From the NCBI GenBank assembly GCA_973895155.1, contig OZ316892.1:9962283-10026282 (forward strand): a stretch of DNA of 64,000 nucleotides, given 5' to 3'. The notes beneath the pieces were generated by a model that did no database searches, was not told the origin of the DNA, and worked only from the letters and a program-made list of their open reading frames with translations. This DNA is from Marsupella aquatica. Lineage: Eukaryota > Plantae > Marchantiophyta. The position numbers were made by a program, and so were the translations under genes. Shown here in pieces: positions 13,482-25,699 of this stretch (positions are counted from its first letter, which is position 1; each line of letters opens with the position of its first letter).

Positions 13482-15089
13482 GAAGGATGCTCGGAAGAAT
13501 GATGGTCGCCTTCTACCTCACCTATATTCAATGATCGAGAAACATTTGAGGTAGAATCCACAGACATTTGAGAAAAGGTGGATCTCGTCCTGCTATGAAA
13601 ATTCTTCTGGATTTCTCATCTCGTTTCTACTCTCTGCTCCGTCCTCAGTTGGCACCAGTGATGGAGTGATGGAGGCAATTCACCTAACAAAGACTGACAA
13701 CTGGTTTATGGGCTGGTGATGTGGATCGACCCAGGTTTTACCAATCCTGGTGACATTACTCAAACAGTCTCATGGCAACATATACAACGAAGCGTGATGA
13801 AGAGCTCTAGCCAGCAGTGATGTGGAAACTCGACACCCTTCAAATCTAGGACTGATTTCACGGGTGAGTGTTAATTTCATCTGTCACGCCTTTAGAGAGA
13901 CTTAAGACCAGACCATTGTTTGCAAATTCTCTACCAAAGGACTAATCATGATGAACGGCAACCAAAATTTGGTGTCCCGTCGAGAACATCCAGTTTGGTT
14001 AAGTGTTAGCAGTTACGCGTTCGTAAACTCAGTGGACCATGGACATAGCACACCCACACTAAGAAAAAATAGTCTTCCCAGGCTTACGAGAGTTATTACA
14101 GGGACAATGAAAGACTTGGCGTCACAAGCTCTCAAAGAAAGGCCTATGTTTGGTTCCAGATCGCGTTGGACTCACCTAAAATTGAACACTGTGTGATCTA
14201 GTACGTTGCAGATAGATCGAAAACTCCTTGGAAATAATGCTAGTACCTACATCCCAGACATTCATGAAAACTCAAGAATTGGATCCAGAATTCATCGACA
14301 TCACATTTCCAGAAAGCTGACCTTGACTCCAGCAATGCAACCGGCCTCTATTTGCAAGTTTCCTCTCCACCTGAGCAATGAGATCGAATGTGAACTTCAC
14401 TCCACCAGAGTTGTAGCTGTGCTCCTGCTGAGTCTGCTCAGCCCAAAGTGACTGCATCAATCCGAAGCTCGATTTTAGAATAGAGAAACCCCGAGAGAAA
14501 CGGTTGCTCGATATATATCCCAGTGCTTCGAAGCATGCTTGTCTGGGGCATAAACGAATGCATCCGATTAGAATGTTACCTGCACGCAAGAACAGAGAAG
14601 GGACTCCTTTCCAATTTCCTTCGACACCTCTGCCCAAGCCTTTTGCCCCGGCCTTTGCGTTCGGCCCTTCACTGGAGAAGTGCCACGATTGGTTATGGGG
14701 CAAGTGGGCATCTGCTCACATCGAAGACGGCCTCGGGATCAATGCATCGGGACTTATCTTTTGCCTCGAAAATTTCAAACAGTTCCATTCATTGACTCCT
14801 TTAAGTTGTCACCTCATAGCTAATTGGGCTTTGGGACAAAAGCTATGAGTAGCTCCAGTACAGGGTACTTCAAGGGAACACGCCAAATGATAATTATAAT
14901 AGCGGTCAGTCGATGTCCAATCCAGCGACTTTTTAGGAAGACTGGTTCATGGTCTTCTGCTGTGCTGACGTCCATTGCTGTGTGGCAATCCAGCGGTCAA
15001 CGGACCATGAGTCTCACAGATAGTTGGGCTAAATCTACTTTTATGTGCAAGGTTCGTTCCTGTGCAAGCCAGCAAAAGGCGCTCCTCAT

Positions 15090-17018
15090 ATTCAGGGACG
15101 AGTCCCTGCATTGTCATTCAATGCACCTAGATTCTCCCCCAGAGTCCACCGGAATACACTCTCCATTTTTGTGTCTCACTGCACTTTCAGGCCAGCCCCT
15201 TTTTTGGGTTCCCTTTCAGTTTTGAGGATTTGGGTTCCCTTTCAGTTTTGAGGAGGTCACAGATTTTTGAGGAGTTCTAATGTTTGACGTTTTTAACTTA
15301 TTCAAAAATGACATAAAACTATACTATCAATTTTAAAAATATCAATATATTTTTTAAGATAAAATATAAAATAATTATAAATATTCAATGGTAATGAGCA
15401 TGGAGAATTGACGCATAGAAGTAGTGTGTGACCTAGTGGCATTGGAGCTCAATTGAGATTACGAGGTGGCGTGTTCAAGGCACATGACAGACAACTTTTC
15501 TTTCCTTTGATTGAGGGCATGGAAAGGAATGAACGTTAGAGGGGGCGGGGGTGTCTAATTGTACTTGAAAATGGAAATGGCAAATGAGATATATATATAT
15601 ATATATATATATGAGGGGTTCAAGTAATTTGGAGATAGAAAAAATAACAAAGGAGACACCCATCAGAGCCAGGCATAAATATTAAAATAATGTCCAAAAA
15701 AATTGGACTTGGGGATATGAACCAAGGATGCACCATATAGCAGCAACAGAAAAGTTGAGGAGACATGATCACATAAAATTTAACCATTTTATCTCCTAAA
15801 CCATTTATGGTAAGCACACATCTTATTGTATAAGAAGCAAAACTTCATTCATGAAATTTGTTTTCAAATCAATAGAAAACCTAGAAGCCAATGGCAGTCT
15901 ATCACCCTACAATTAATCACTCAATTATCACATATCTTTTCTACATACTAGGTTGGAAATAATCTAAGTTGGCTACCCTGGAAACCAAGTGTACCAAAGG
16001 TGCTGTGCTTGACACATTTGTCAAGACACTCAAAGAATTAAGACCCATGCTTGCACCAATTCCTTGCAAACTTTCAAAACCTGTCAATTGGAGCACACTT
16101 ACCACTCATGGCCCTGTTGTCTTCTCTACCACACACTTTTGGACTTGCTTCATAGGGGCCTTCTGTTGGGTTGGTTTTTGTGCCTTTTTCATAGGGGCTT
16201 TCTTTTGTCGTATTGGTTTCTCAGCTTGTTGCACAAGGCTGTTCTTCTCCTGTCAACACCACCTCTAATATTGTTTGCCTTTTGACTTCTAACCTCTTTT
16301 GTTGGCTTCTTGTGCTAACCTCTTTTGTTGGATTCTTCCTAAAACTGAAAGCAACTACCCACCAGGAACATGATTGGCACCTCACAACAATGGGCAGGTA
16401 TACGAAATTAACAAAAGAGGTTAATTTATCTCCCTAGCGCTCATGGGTGTTTCCTTTGTTATTTTTGCTATCTCCAAATTACTTGAACCCCCCATATATA
16501 TCTCATTTACCATTTCCATTTTCAAATACAATTAGATACCCCCACCTCCTCCAATGTCCATTCCTTTCCATGCCCTCAATCAAAGAAAAGAAAAGTTGCC
16601 CATCGTGTGCCTTGAACACGCCACGTCTTAGTCTCATCTGACCTCCAATACCACTAGGTCACACACTACTTTTGTGCATCAATTCTCCATGCTCATTACC
16701 ATTTAATATTTTATAATTATTTAATATTTTATAATTATTTAATATTTTATAGTTATTTAATATTTTATATTAAAATATATATTGATTTTTTTTAAAATTG
16801 ATATTATAGTTTTACATTATTTGTGAATAAGTTAAAACCATCAAACATTAGAACTCCTCAATCAAAAATCTGTGCCCTCCTCAAAACTGAACCGGGACCC
16901 AAAAATGGGGCTGGCCTGAAAGTGAAGTGAGACACAAAAATGGAGAGAGTATTCCGGTGGACTATGGGGGAGAATCGAGGTGCATTGAATGACAATGCAG
17001 GGACTCGTCTCCTTGAAT
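15090..17018. mobile_element. Non-autonomous foldback/Mutator-like element with ~580-bp inverted arms
   Basis: ~15090-15670 is the reverse complement of ~16440-17018 (e.g. GACGAGTCCCTGCATTGTCATTCAATGCACC vs GGTGCATTGAATGACAATGCAGGGACTCGTC). Perfect 8-bp TSD CTCCTCAT at 15082-15089 and 17019-17026. Confidence 0.9.
15588..15613. repeat. (AT)n microsatellite in the left arm of the foldback element
   Basis: Direct reading; the right arm has only a short (AT) run at about 16494-16501. Confidence 0.9.
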
Positions 17019-18068
17019 CTCCTCATGAGCATCCACGACCACCTCATGGGTCATTGGCTTTTATTGAGACACAACGAACCATTCTTCCGGGGAACAAAAA
17101 AAACATTTTGTCGGAGCAAGAATATCATTTTCTGGCTGGATAACCCTATGATACGTATATGCGTGATGGACCCCAAAATGAAAGAGTGTTCCTTGATGGG
17201 GACCATTTACTCATTCATACCCTTGCTAGACCTTAGATCAACGACCCTATATAAAAAGTTGTTGTCACCTGCTTATCAAACGATTTACACAACAATTACG
17301 TATTTACTCATACTAAAATTGTTTGTTATCGTATGACGGGAATGTGGAGGGACGCTATTAGGATTCTATTGTGTGTAGGATGAGTATGTTTATTTCCGCT
17401 CCCGGAAATGTAATTTTTGATCAAGTCTACCGACTAGTCCCGCTGCTTGTGATCAAGTCCCATGGACTACGCCACACACACTCCTACCGGTCATTGGTGG
17501 AGTGCTGTCACCACCCCTCCTACTCACATGGTTGACCAAACCGTGCAAGGATTCCTTAGACACTTCTTGGGGAAAGAACACAATCGTGAACCAGAAAAGG
17601 TAACGCCACACCAAAACTTGAGGAATCAAACCAAATCCATATCTTTTGGCAAAATATCGTAACACATTACAAGGACAACCCGGCCTCGTGCCGTCTGCCC
17701 AACTCCTGCCTCACTGGGGCAAGTGCTACACCTCTACCTCACTACTCTGGCTTGATTCCCTCTTCTGGCTATGAGCTAACTTCCCTAAAACCAACACTAG
17801 ACTGAGTTCCCCCCTCACTCACTATGGGGCTCCCCCCTAAATACTGAAAAAAACACCAAAACACCCCTCATGGAGTGGCAACAACGGCCGCAACCCTAGC
17901 GGCGCCGCCAAAAACATCTAAGAGATAACTTAACCTAAAGCGTGTGGCACACACACGCTGTAAAAAACCCTAGCCCACTACGGTACCAACGGTGCCTTCG
18001 CTGGTACTAACATCCAATCTGTAGTGCATGAAAAGCAAGGGTCCTCCACTAGTCTTCACCGGACTCAC

Positions 18069-20630
18069 TTACTGAACCAGGGTTCCACCCCTGGAATCCT
18101 CACCTCCACCGCTTTCCCCAGAAGGGGAGGCACCACTCCTAACCTGCCGTACCGAGGGAGTCCATGCGGGAGTCCGACCGGAAGTGCTCCGCCTCCTCAA
18201 TGCAGCCAAGGCTTGCCAAGCCTTCACATAACCCTGGCCAATAGTGTCCTTCCATAGAGCAGACTCTTCACCTCCCTGCAACTGCAAAGGTAAGACCTGG
18301 CCGGTAGCCGGAGGAGTCCCCGGGTTTATGGATTGGGGTGGCATCCCCGGCATCGTGACTCCATGACTCGGTGGAGCCTCTGCTGGTAATGATGAGGGTG
18401 ATGAAATATTGGCACCGTGACTAGTTGATACGGTGGTAGCGTGACCAACAGATACGGTGGCACCGGGACCAGCTTGGGTTTCCCGTGATGACTTACGGGT
18501 CTCCCGCAACTGTTTCTTCAACATGTTACTCTTCTCCTTCTCCTTCTTGGCCGCTTCCAACATTGGTCTGTACTGTTGAGTTACTTCTCTTACCACCATC
18601 TCAATGGATTTTGAGATCAAATCTGGGGAGAGGGTAGGGCTAGAGGGAGATGGAATCTTCCTTTTCCCCAGCCTCAACGTGTCATTCCCCCGGGTATGCA
18701 ACTCCCCTTTTTATAAATCAAGTTTTTAATTCCTTATAATGACCCTATATCCTTAGACCATCTTAGATTTCATTTTAGTTTACTAAAGTCTTGTACCTCT
18801 CAACTCAAGGAATCCAAAAATGTAACTTAAAAAAAAATCCGAATATGTTTTGATGTATAAAAAGTTTATCAAAACCAAATTATATGACTTTTTTTTAATA
18901 CAGGGGTCTACAGCCAAACTAGCCAGCTTTTTAGGATTTTTATTAAAATTTTAAAAATCTTTTAATAAAAACTACAACATGTATAGGAATATTTTTTAAT
19001 TTCATATGGAAAAAGAGGAGAACCAAACCTTTTATATGACTTGAAAATTTTTAAAAGTGGAAAACCCAGGTTTTTTCAAATTTTAATAATTTTGTATAGC
19101 CAACTTTTTAGTCCATATAAAAATGTAGACCCCTGCCAATTATACAAGAGTTGTGTACCCGGGGTCATTCCTCCAGGCCCTGGTCTCAAGGAGTCCAACT
19201 TGACCCCGTAACTCCACAACTTCCTTCTTGAGCCTCTCTACCTCACCAGTGTCCCGCTTGAGCTTGGCCAATTCATCTCTCAAAACCTCCACCTCCAGCG
19301 CCTCCTTAGCCTTAGTAGATAAGGCTCCTTCCAATTGTAAAACCTGAACATGTGACTCCTGGAGCGACCTCCCTTGCTCTTGAATCACCATCTCCTTTGC
19401 CTTGACCACCTCCTTCAAGGCCTGATTACTTACTTGTAACATTTCCACCTTGGCCTGGGCTTGGTTGATAGCCTCCTTCAATGTTCGGCACAACTTAAGC
19501 CCCTCATGCACTCCATCACAAAAATCACGTAATTCGGCCAAGTACACCTCGGGCACATCGTAATCAAGAGACTCCTCTGGGTTCCCCACAAGTGACTCCA
19601 ACCACTCCATAACACTATCCTCATCTGGGTCATCTTCCGCAGTAGGTTCAAGGACTATTGGCTCAGGCGGTGGCCCCTTCACCAGACTTCCTAAGATGGT
19701 GGTGGCTATCCTCCATATTTCCGTGGTGAAGGGTGGCACCGTTTCCCCTTCCATTCTCGGTGAGGGAAGAAGCCCTTCCCGTCTGGCCAATAGGAAAGAC
19801 CCTATCAAGTACATGCCTCCTCCCGTCTTCACACTCTTAGGATCCGTGGCCAATGACTTCCTCATCCCGAAATACCACCATCCGTACGTGTGACGTGGGT
19901 GAGTCTTGATGTCGTTGGCAATAGCCAACTGGTCTCCACTCACCGTCCCTGATTGCCCCCGACCAAGTACCTGCTGGTGTACCTTGGCCACAAACACCAT
20001 GTACGCTGGATCCTTGAACGTTGAGAGGGGAATGGTAGTCACGGAAATGGGGTCCCTCACCACCTCAGCTAGTTCTTCCAACGTAAAAACACCAGGTGGC
20101 TCTACTGGCTGAAACGTGAAGTCCTGGTCATCGAGAAATAAGAGCTTGGCCAACTCCACGTGAGGGATCAACTGCTTGTTACATTGAAAATAAATCCCCT
20201 CCGTACGGCACTCCAATCCAACCGCAATGTCCCAAGTCGTGTTGGGAGGAATCATAATCTCTACACCCATGAAGTTGGTGAGCCCTATAGCCTGAAAAAT
20301 CTCCTTGCCCTCTTCCATCACCTTGGCAGAAGTGAGGGGGTACACCCTATGGAAAACCTTCCGTACAACCGTAGTGCTAGGCGTTCCAGATCCTGTACTC
20401 ATGGCGGCTGACCGTCGTTTCTCTTCCTCCTCCCTAATTTGTGTGGCAATGTAATCCCGATAAGCAACCTTGTATCGACAAACACGGGCTGTACTGAACT
20501 CAGGTGGATCAAACATCCACACTAAAAATTCTCCTGTCACCACAATTCCCGTCACACCATACAATTCCTGGCCCGTATAGCCCCCGTACCACAATTTTGA
20601 GTCCCCTCTACTTCCCCTCAGCCAAACCAC
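18069..20630 (-). pseudogene. Transposon-borne ORF (~690 codons when reconstructed): ATHILA-ORF1/Transposase_32-like domain + acidic patch + coiled coil + NLS + P/S-rich tail; interrupted by a MITE
   Basis: ORFs 19140-20630 and 18069-18701 join in frame (...AWRND|TLRLGKRK...) once the MITE and one TSD are removed. IFQAIGLTNFM and VFVAKVHQQVLGRGQSGTVSGDQL resemble ATHILA ORF-1-type motifs (recalled, not searched). A long heptad-rich segment follows. Confidence 0.6.
18689..19163. mobile_element. 475-bp MITE, copy 1
   Basis: TIRs CCCGGGTATGCAACTC / GAGTTGTGTACCCGGG; perfect 8-bp TSD GTCATTCC (18681-18688, 19164-19171); AT-rich interior homologous to 46214-46672. Confidence 0.92.
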
Positions 20631-21049
20631 CAGAGGAAATCATCACGAAAAGTTTCATGTACCCGACAGCAATCTCCCCAAAAATCCTTGTTTCCTTGGC
20701 CCGTCCGGCCCCCAACACGACCGGCTCCACCTCACTCAGGGGGTTTCCAAATGCTGCCGTCATAAGGACCTCACCCTCCCATGACACTTAAGCTCCTCTC
20801 AAAAGAGCTTCCGGAATGGAGAGGAGCGAGAGGTTGTGGAAGGAAGAAAAGAAAAAGACATTCGGCCATGGGGGAGAAAAGAGAGACAATGTTTTCAGAC
20901 AAAAAAGAAAAAGAACCCCAATACCCCTGCGCTCTCCTGGACAACCCTTATAGGTGGTCGGCTCCCCTTTCAAACCAATTGGCACTTCCCAAGGATCGGG
21001 GGATTTTTATTCCCCCACCGCCTTGTAATGGCTCCTTCAAGGCCTCCCC

Positions 21050-21830
21050 CAGGTGCGGGGAGCCTCTTCCAAAAAAAACATGGGGGCTCCCTTTATTAGG
21101 CCTCCCCCTTAACTACTCACTTTTCCTCGCCCGTACCTGCGCTCTCTGCCTCCCTGGGATCAGGGAATCATTTACCCCCCCTTTATACTCGCTGCGCCTG
21201 CCCCTGCTCCTTCCTCATTTGGCTCGCTGCGCCCTGCCCTCGGGAGCATTTAGTGCCTTGTATTGGGGGATTTAATCCCTTATTTTTGGCAGCCTCTTAG
21301 CTCCCTCGGCTACTTGCGATGGAGGGCTCGCCTCCCTATGGAGGCGCCCATCCCACTCACGGTGCACCTGCGCCCCGGCTGCTTCCTCATTCGCGGCAGC
21401 TTTTGCGCCCCATTGGCGGGCACGCGGCCCTATGCAGGGCGTGCCTCGTTCTGCCATGCGGCTGCACCTCCCGGCTCCATCCTTACAGGGGTTTTAACCC
21501 CCCTTATTTCCCTTGCGACGGCGCTCCCGCTCGACCCTGCCAACACGCCTGCGCCTCCCGGCTCCTCTGCGCCCCACTCGCGGTGTCACCTGTGCCTGCG
21601 CCCCGGCCAAGCCTGCCACTCGCGGCAGCCCCTCAAACAGGGGATTTAATTCACTCCCCACCTCCTGCACGCGGCCCTATGCAGGGCTCACGGTAGCCAC
21701 CGCCGTTCGCCCCGGCTCCTCCGCGCCCAGCCCGGCTCGCGCTACCCCCGCAGTACCCCCTCGGTACCCTCACGGTACCCACGGCTCCTCCCGGCTCACG
21801 GTACCCCCGACTCGCGGTATCACCTGCCCT
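21050..21830. repeat. GC-rich array of short dispersed repeats inside the Mutator-like element
   Basis: CACGCGGCCCTATGCAGGGC at 21421 and 21668; GGGGATTTAAT at ~21266 and ~21640; many CCCGGCTC and CGGTACCC copies. Confidence 0.8.
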
Positions 21831-24185
21831 CAAAAGCAACATGAGCACCCACCGGGATGAGTAACTTTTAAGAAATTAAAGAAATTAAAAAAAACCTTGT
21901 ATATCTTGGCTTATTTATTTACATGCATCATGCCAATAACACCTAACGGTGACCTTATGTGATGGGGACCCCGTCAAAGTTGTACCTTACCAATGACTGG
22001 GATGACACTTATGATTCGGCAACTTAATAAGTATTTTGTCTAAACTATTTAAATGACCCTATATCTGATCAAATGTGTTACGTCATGTGACCCCATACTT
22101 TTTGATTTAAGGGTCCATCAAGCAAATACCTCTCAACCCTCAAACTTTCTACTCTAGTATTGAAAAATTTAGGCTGACCGGCCCATCTCAGCTGCCCTCA
22201 CCAAGATGTGGCGTCGGCTCATAGTGGAAAAAAATTGAAAAAAAATCTTTTTTAAAATTGGGAAAAGATTTGAATTTTTTTCCTTGTGTTTTTTCCCGCC
22301 TCTCGGAAATGACAGGACAACTGATACCAGGTTAAAAGTGATTGATATTTGATAGTTAGACTCTGACAAGAAGTGTAATTTTGTGACTGTGAGAGTAGAG
22401 GTCAGGGTAGAGGTCTCTCCCCACCTGTCATTTTGACCAAACCTGGAGGTGAGGGTTGTGAAAATGGAGGTTGTCACTTATCCCTAAATAATTGGGAAGC
22501 CAGCTCTCCACAATCAGCCACTAATATGCTCCTTTTAGAGGTTAGAACTTGACTACCCTACCACTTACCTCCAGCGTTGTTGACTCCAATGCCAAGCTCC
22601 TCTATGGTCCATGCCCTCGGACAGGCCCCGGAATGACAATCCGATGGGAGATAAGTAATCTCATCAGTTATCAGTCACTTTTTCATCAGTGTACCTGATA
22701 TCAGCTGCCACCTCATCTCAGAGAGGCCACCAAGTTGCGATGCAAAAAAGAAAAAAATGAAGATGTTAGACTCTACCTTTACCCGTTGACCGGACCAGTC
22801 GGTCACCCGGCACAACTATATGTACACACCATTCAAGACTCTATACACGGTTATTGATATTTACATTCCTACACGTTATCAGCACGAAGCTCTTCACTAG
22901 CAAATTTGTTTTTGAGGAGAAGGCCAAGATTGAATTGAATGTTGAAGAATTGAATCGAACGTGGATAGCTCTCACATAGAATCGGGTGAGGAATGATAAG
23001 GACCGAAGGGCTGAAATATCAAATCAAAATTACACGATAATTGTAGGCAGATTTCAAAGGAGAGAGAAGAAAACTCAAAGAAAAGGAAATCAAAAGGCCA
23101 TACGAAGCAGCAAAGGATTTGGACTTATTCGAAGCAGAATGGCAGCAATAAGTCAATTCACTAATTGAAAGAAAGAGCGACTAGAAAGCAGAAGAAACTA
23201 CATAAGAAGATCAAAGAGATTGATCCGAGGGTACAATTAAAGAAGAAAACACCTTGAGGCGAAATGGAATCGCACAGATTGATCCTACAGTGAAGCCGAA
23301 AAGAGAAACGAAAAGAAAAGAAAATTGAACATAGGAAGCGAAGGAAAATGAAAGCAAAAATGAGAACATTCAGCAATTGATCAGGAGAAGAGGAAATTGA
23401 ACCCCCTATTACACAGCACGATCGACAACAGAAATGAGTGGAATCGAAAAGAGGGAAAACGATCGAGTTAGAGGGAAGAAGACATTGTGAAATGAGAAGA
23501 AAGAGCGAGTAGAAATCTAAATCTGAAGTCAAAAACTACTGATGCTATCACAACTTACTTTCGAGAATGATTGAGATGAGAATTCATGCCTGAGCACAAC
23601 ACCGTTGACGAGAAGAGCAGGATGTGGATTGGGGGGGATCCAATTCGACACGAAGCGAAGGTAAAGTTGTGAGGCGCGCGCGGAGCACCTCCCCAAAAAG
23701 AAAAACCGAAAAAAATGCAACAAAACAGCGAAAACACGGCTAAGTACAAAACCCTCTTTAACTGCACAATCTGTCAAAGCAATTTCCGCATACAAAGAAA
23801 ACTATGCAATTAACCATCTAAGTGCAAATAACCGCAAAACTTCCATAACGCACACCGTAACAAAGAAAACTTAACTTTACAAAGCCGCATGTGCACTTAT
23901 CCAGGGCACGAGTAAATAATCACCCATAATTGCACAAACGGTAAAACTCCATTACTGCACAATTCAACAAAGGAAAGAGCAAATACAAAGGAAACTTTGC
24001 AGTTAACCAAATAACAAGGAAAACCTAAATCCTAAGTGCAAACCCTAAAATTGAATTCCAGATTTGCATGCTCTCTGCACCCAGTCCGACTTTGCTTGCC
24101 GCATAAATGTGTTTTGTCGATTTGTACTATACTTACTAAAATATAAGCCCCAATCACCATTAAAAGGAAACTAGCCACCACCCCG

Positions 24186-25154
24186 ATGACCAACCTGGAG
24201 AAATTGACTTTCCCAGCTTTAGAAATTGATGGTAACAATTACCTCGAGTGGTCCATGAACCTAAAGAAAAACCTGACCTCCTTACCCCTACTCCCCGCTA
24301 TAGGGATCGCTCAACCCATACTAGCTGGCGAACCCCAACCAGACCCGTTAACCAAAGCCAATGAATCCAAGGCCCTAGTATTTCTTAGACGCCATATCCA
24401 TAGGTTCTTGCAAAGACAATACATGCATCTCTCAACCCCTCGCAAACTATGGACAGCGCTTCAGACCCGATTCGACCACCAAAAATTGGTCGAACTACCT
24501 AGAGCCAGAGAAGAATGGCTAAACCTATGGGTCCAGGATTTTACATCCATTTCAACCTACAATAGTGAGCTATTCAGAATCACTTCAACCCTTGCACTCT
24601 GTAGCGAGCCAGTCGCCGACAAGGACTTGCTAGAAAAGACCTTGTCCATGTTTCACTCTTCGAACGTGTTACTATCAACTCAGTACCGGAACATGAAGTT
24701 TGGGCAATACTCAAAGCTCATCGCCCACCTCCTAGTAATAGAAAGAAACCAAGAGCTTCTTTTAGTTAACTCTAGAAAACGCCCTGCGGGTACACTAACC
24801 CCAGGACCACAGAGTGAAACCCATAATATAGAAAACATTGAACCCTCCACATCAAGGCAGGATATTAAGCGCACCAGGAATGGCAACCGGAGAAACACCC
24901 CCAACAGGGGGAGTTTCTTTAACCAACGCCCACAACTTAATTTCCAACGGCCCCTTAGAGGACGTGGAGGACGTGGAGGACGTGAAGGACGTGGCGGACA
25001 CAGCGGTGGGAGAACATATAACAACAACCAAAGAAATGATTGGTCACAATCCCGACAACAACGGGAACGCCCAAAATACCACAAATGCGGCATGACAAAC
25101 CACCTAGCAAGAAACTGCAAAATCCCGCAACACCTTAGAGACCTATATCAATAG
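24186..25154 (+). CDS. gag: Copia Gag (Bianca-type) with degenerate zinc knuckle; premature stop
   Basis: FLRRHI, LWTALQTRFDH, RG-rich segment, YHKCGMTNHLARNC (first Cys lost); ends at a TAG likely derived from CAG. Confidence 0.85.
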   Translation: MTNLEKLTFPALEIDGNNYLEWSMNLKKNLTSLPLLPAIGIAQPILAGEPQPDPLTKANESKALVFLRRHIHRFLQRQYMHLSTPRKLWTALQTRFDHQKLVELPRAREEWLNLWVQDFTSISTYNSELFRITSTLALCSEPVADKDLLEKTLSMFHSSNVLLSTQYRNMKFGQYSKLIAHLLVIERNQELLLVNSRKRPAGTLTPGPQSETHNIENIEPSTSRQDIKRTRNGNRRNTPNRGSFFNQRPQLNFQRPLRGRGGRGGREGRGGHSGGRTYNNNQRNDWSQSRQQRERPKYHKCGMTNHLARNCKIPQHLRDLYQ

Positions 25155-25208
25155 TCCCTCAAGGATGGACAAACCTCTAGGGCACCACCCCGTGAGACCC
25201 ACGGGGCG

Positions 25209-25598
25209 TGTTAGGATTTACTCTTAGGTCTAGAGTTACGACTGTACCGTAGTTAAGACTAACCTTAGTTGTAGACTTGGTTAGGTTAGTCATGTTGTGC
25301 ACACTCTATAACCAAGCGGTGTTTGCTTGGTGAGGGGGAACTCAGGCTCATTGTTATGGAGCTAGTTGAGAGATAGAGAGAGCTTGCGCTGTGGATGCTT
25401 GGTACGGCCGGTCGGCCTAGAGTGCAATAAAGCTCATGTGTGTTTCCATGGACGTAACCTCATGTGGAGGTGAACCACGTATCTCTCTGTGTCGACTCTT
25501 GTGCGTTGGATGGTTCATGGGCTTGCCGTTGCGATTGTCGTCTATGCTCAATAACTTACTCTAGTTAACCTAGTCAAGGTTGAATCGAAACCCTAACA
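25209..25598 (+). mobile_element. Solo LTR of a different family nested between gag and pol
   Basis: TGTTAGG...CCTAACA termini; internal TATAA, AATAAA and a TGGACGTAACC...GTGAACCACGTA motif common in plant LTRs. Flanks GGGCG/TTTTG do not match. Confidence 0.8.
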
Positions 25599-25699
25599 TT
25601 TTGACCTTTTTCAACCTATTTCAAGACTTTTCAGATACACCTGTGCAACCCGAGGCACATTTAGTGGCGGACAAATCCACAACCCCAGACTTAAGTAGC

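Larger units (their letters stand above)
17150..22134. mobile_element. ~5-kb Mutator-like TIR element without recognisable transposase
   Basis: 40-bp imperfect TIRs, 31/40 ungapped identity by hand: GATACGTATATGCGTGATGGACCCCAAAATG... vs reverse complement of the right end GAGAGGTATTTGCTTGATGGACCCTTAAATC... Degenerate TSD AACCCTAT (17142-17149) / AACCCTCA (22135-22142). Confidence 0.7.

Noticed and set aside
14200-15089. Cluster of 90-140-aa ORFs upstream of ALDH2
   Set aside because: No recognisable domain or consistent splice model.
21263-21860. Multiple 60-130-aa P/A/R-rich ORFs
   Set aside because: Expected from high GC content; all frames are open and no motif is recognisable.
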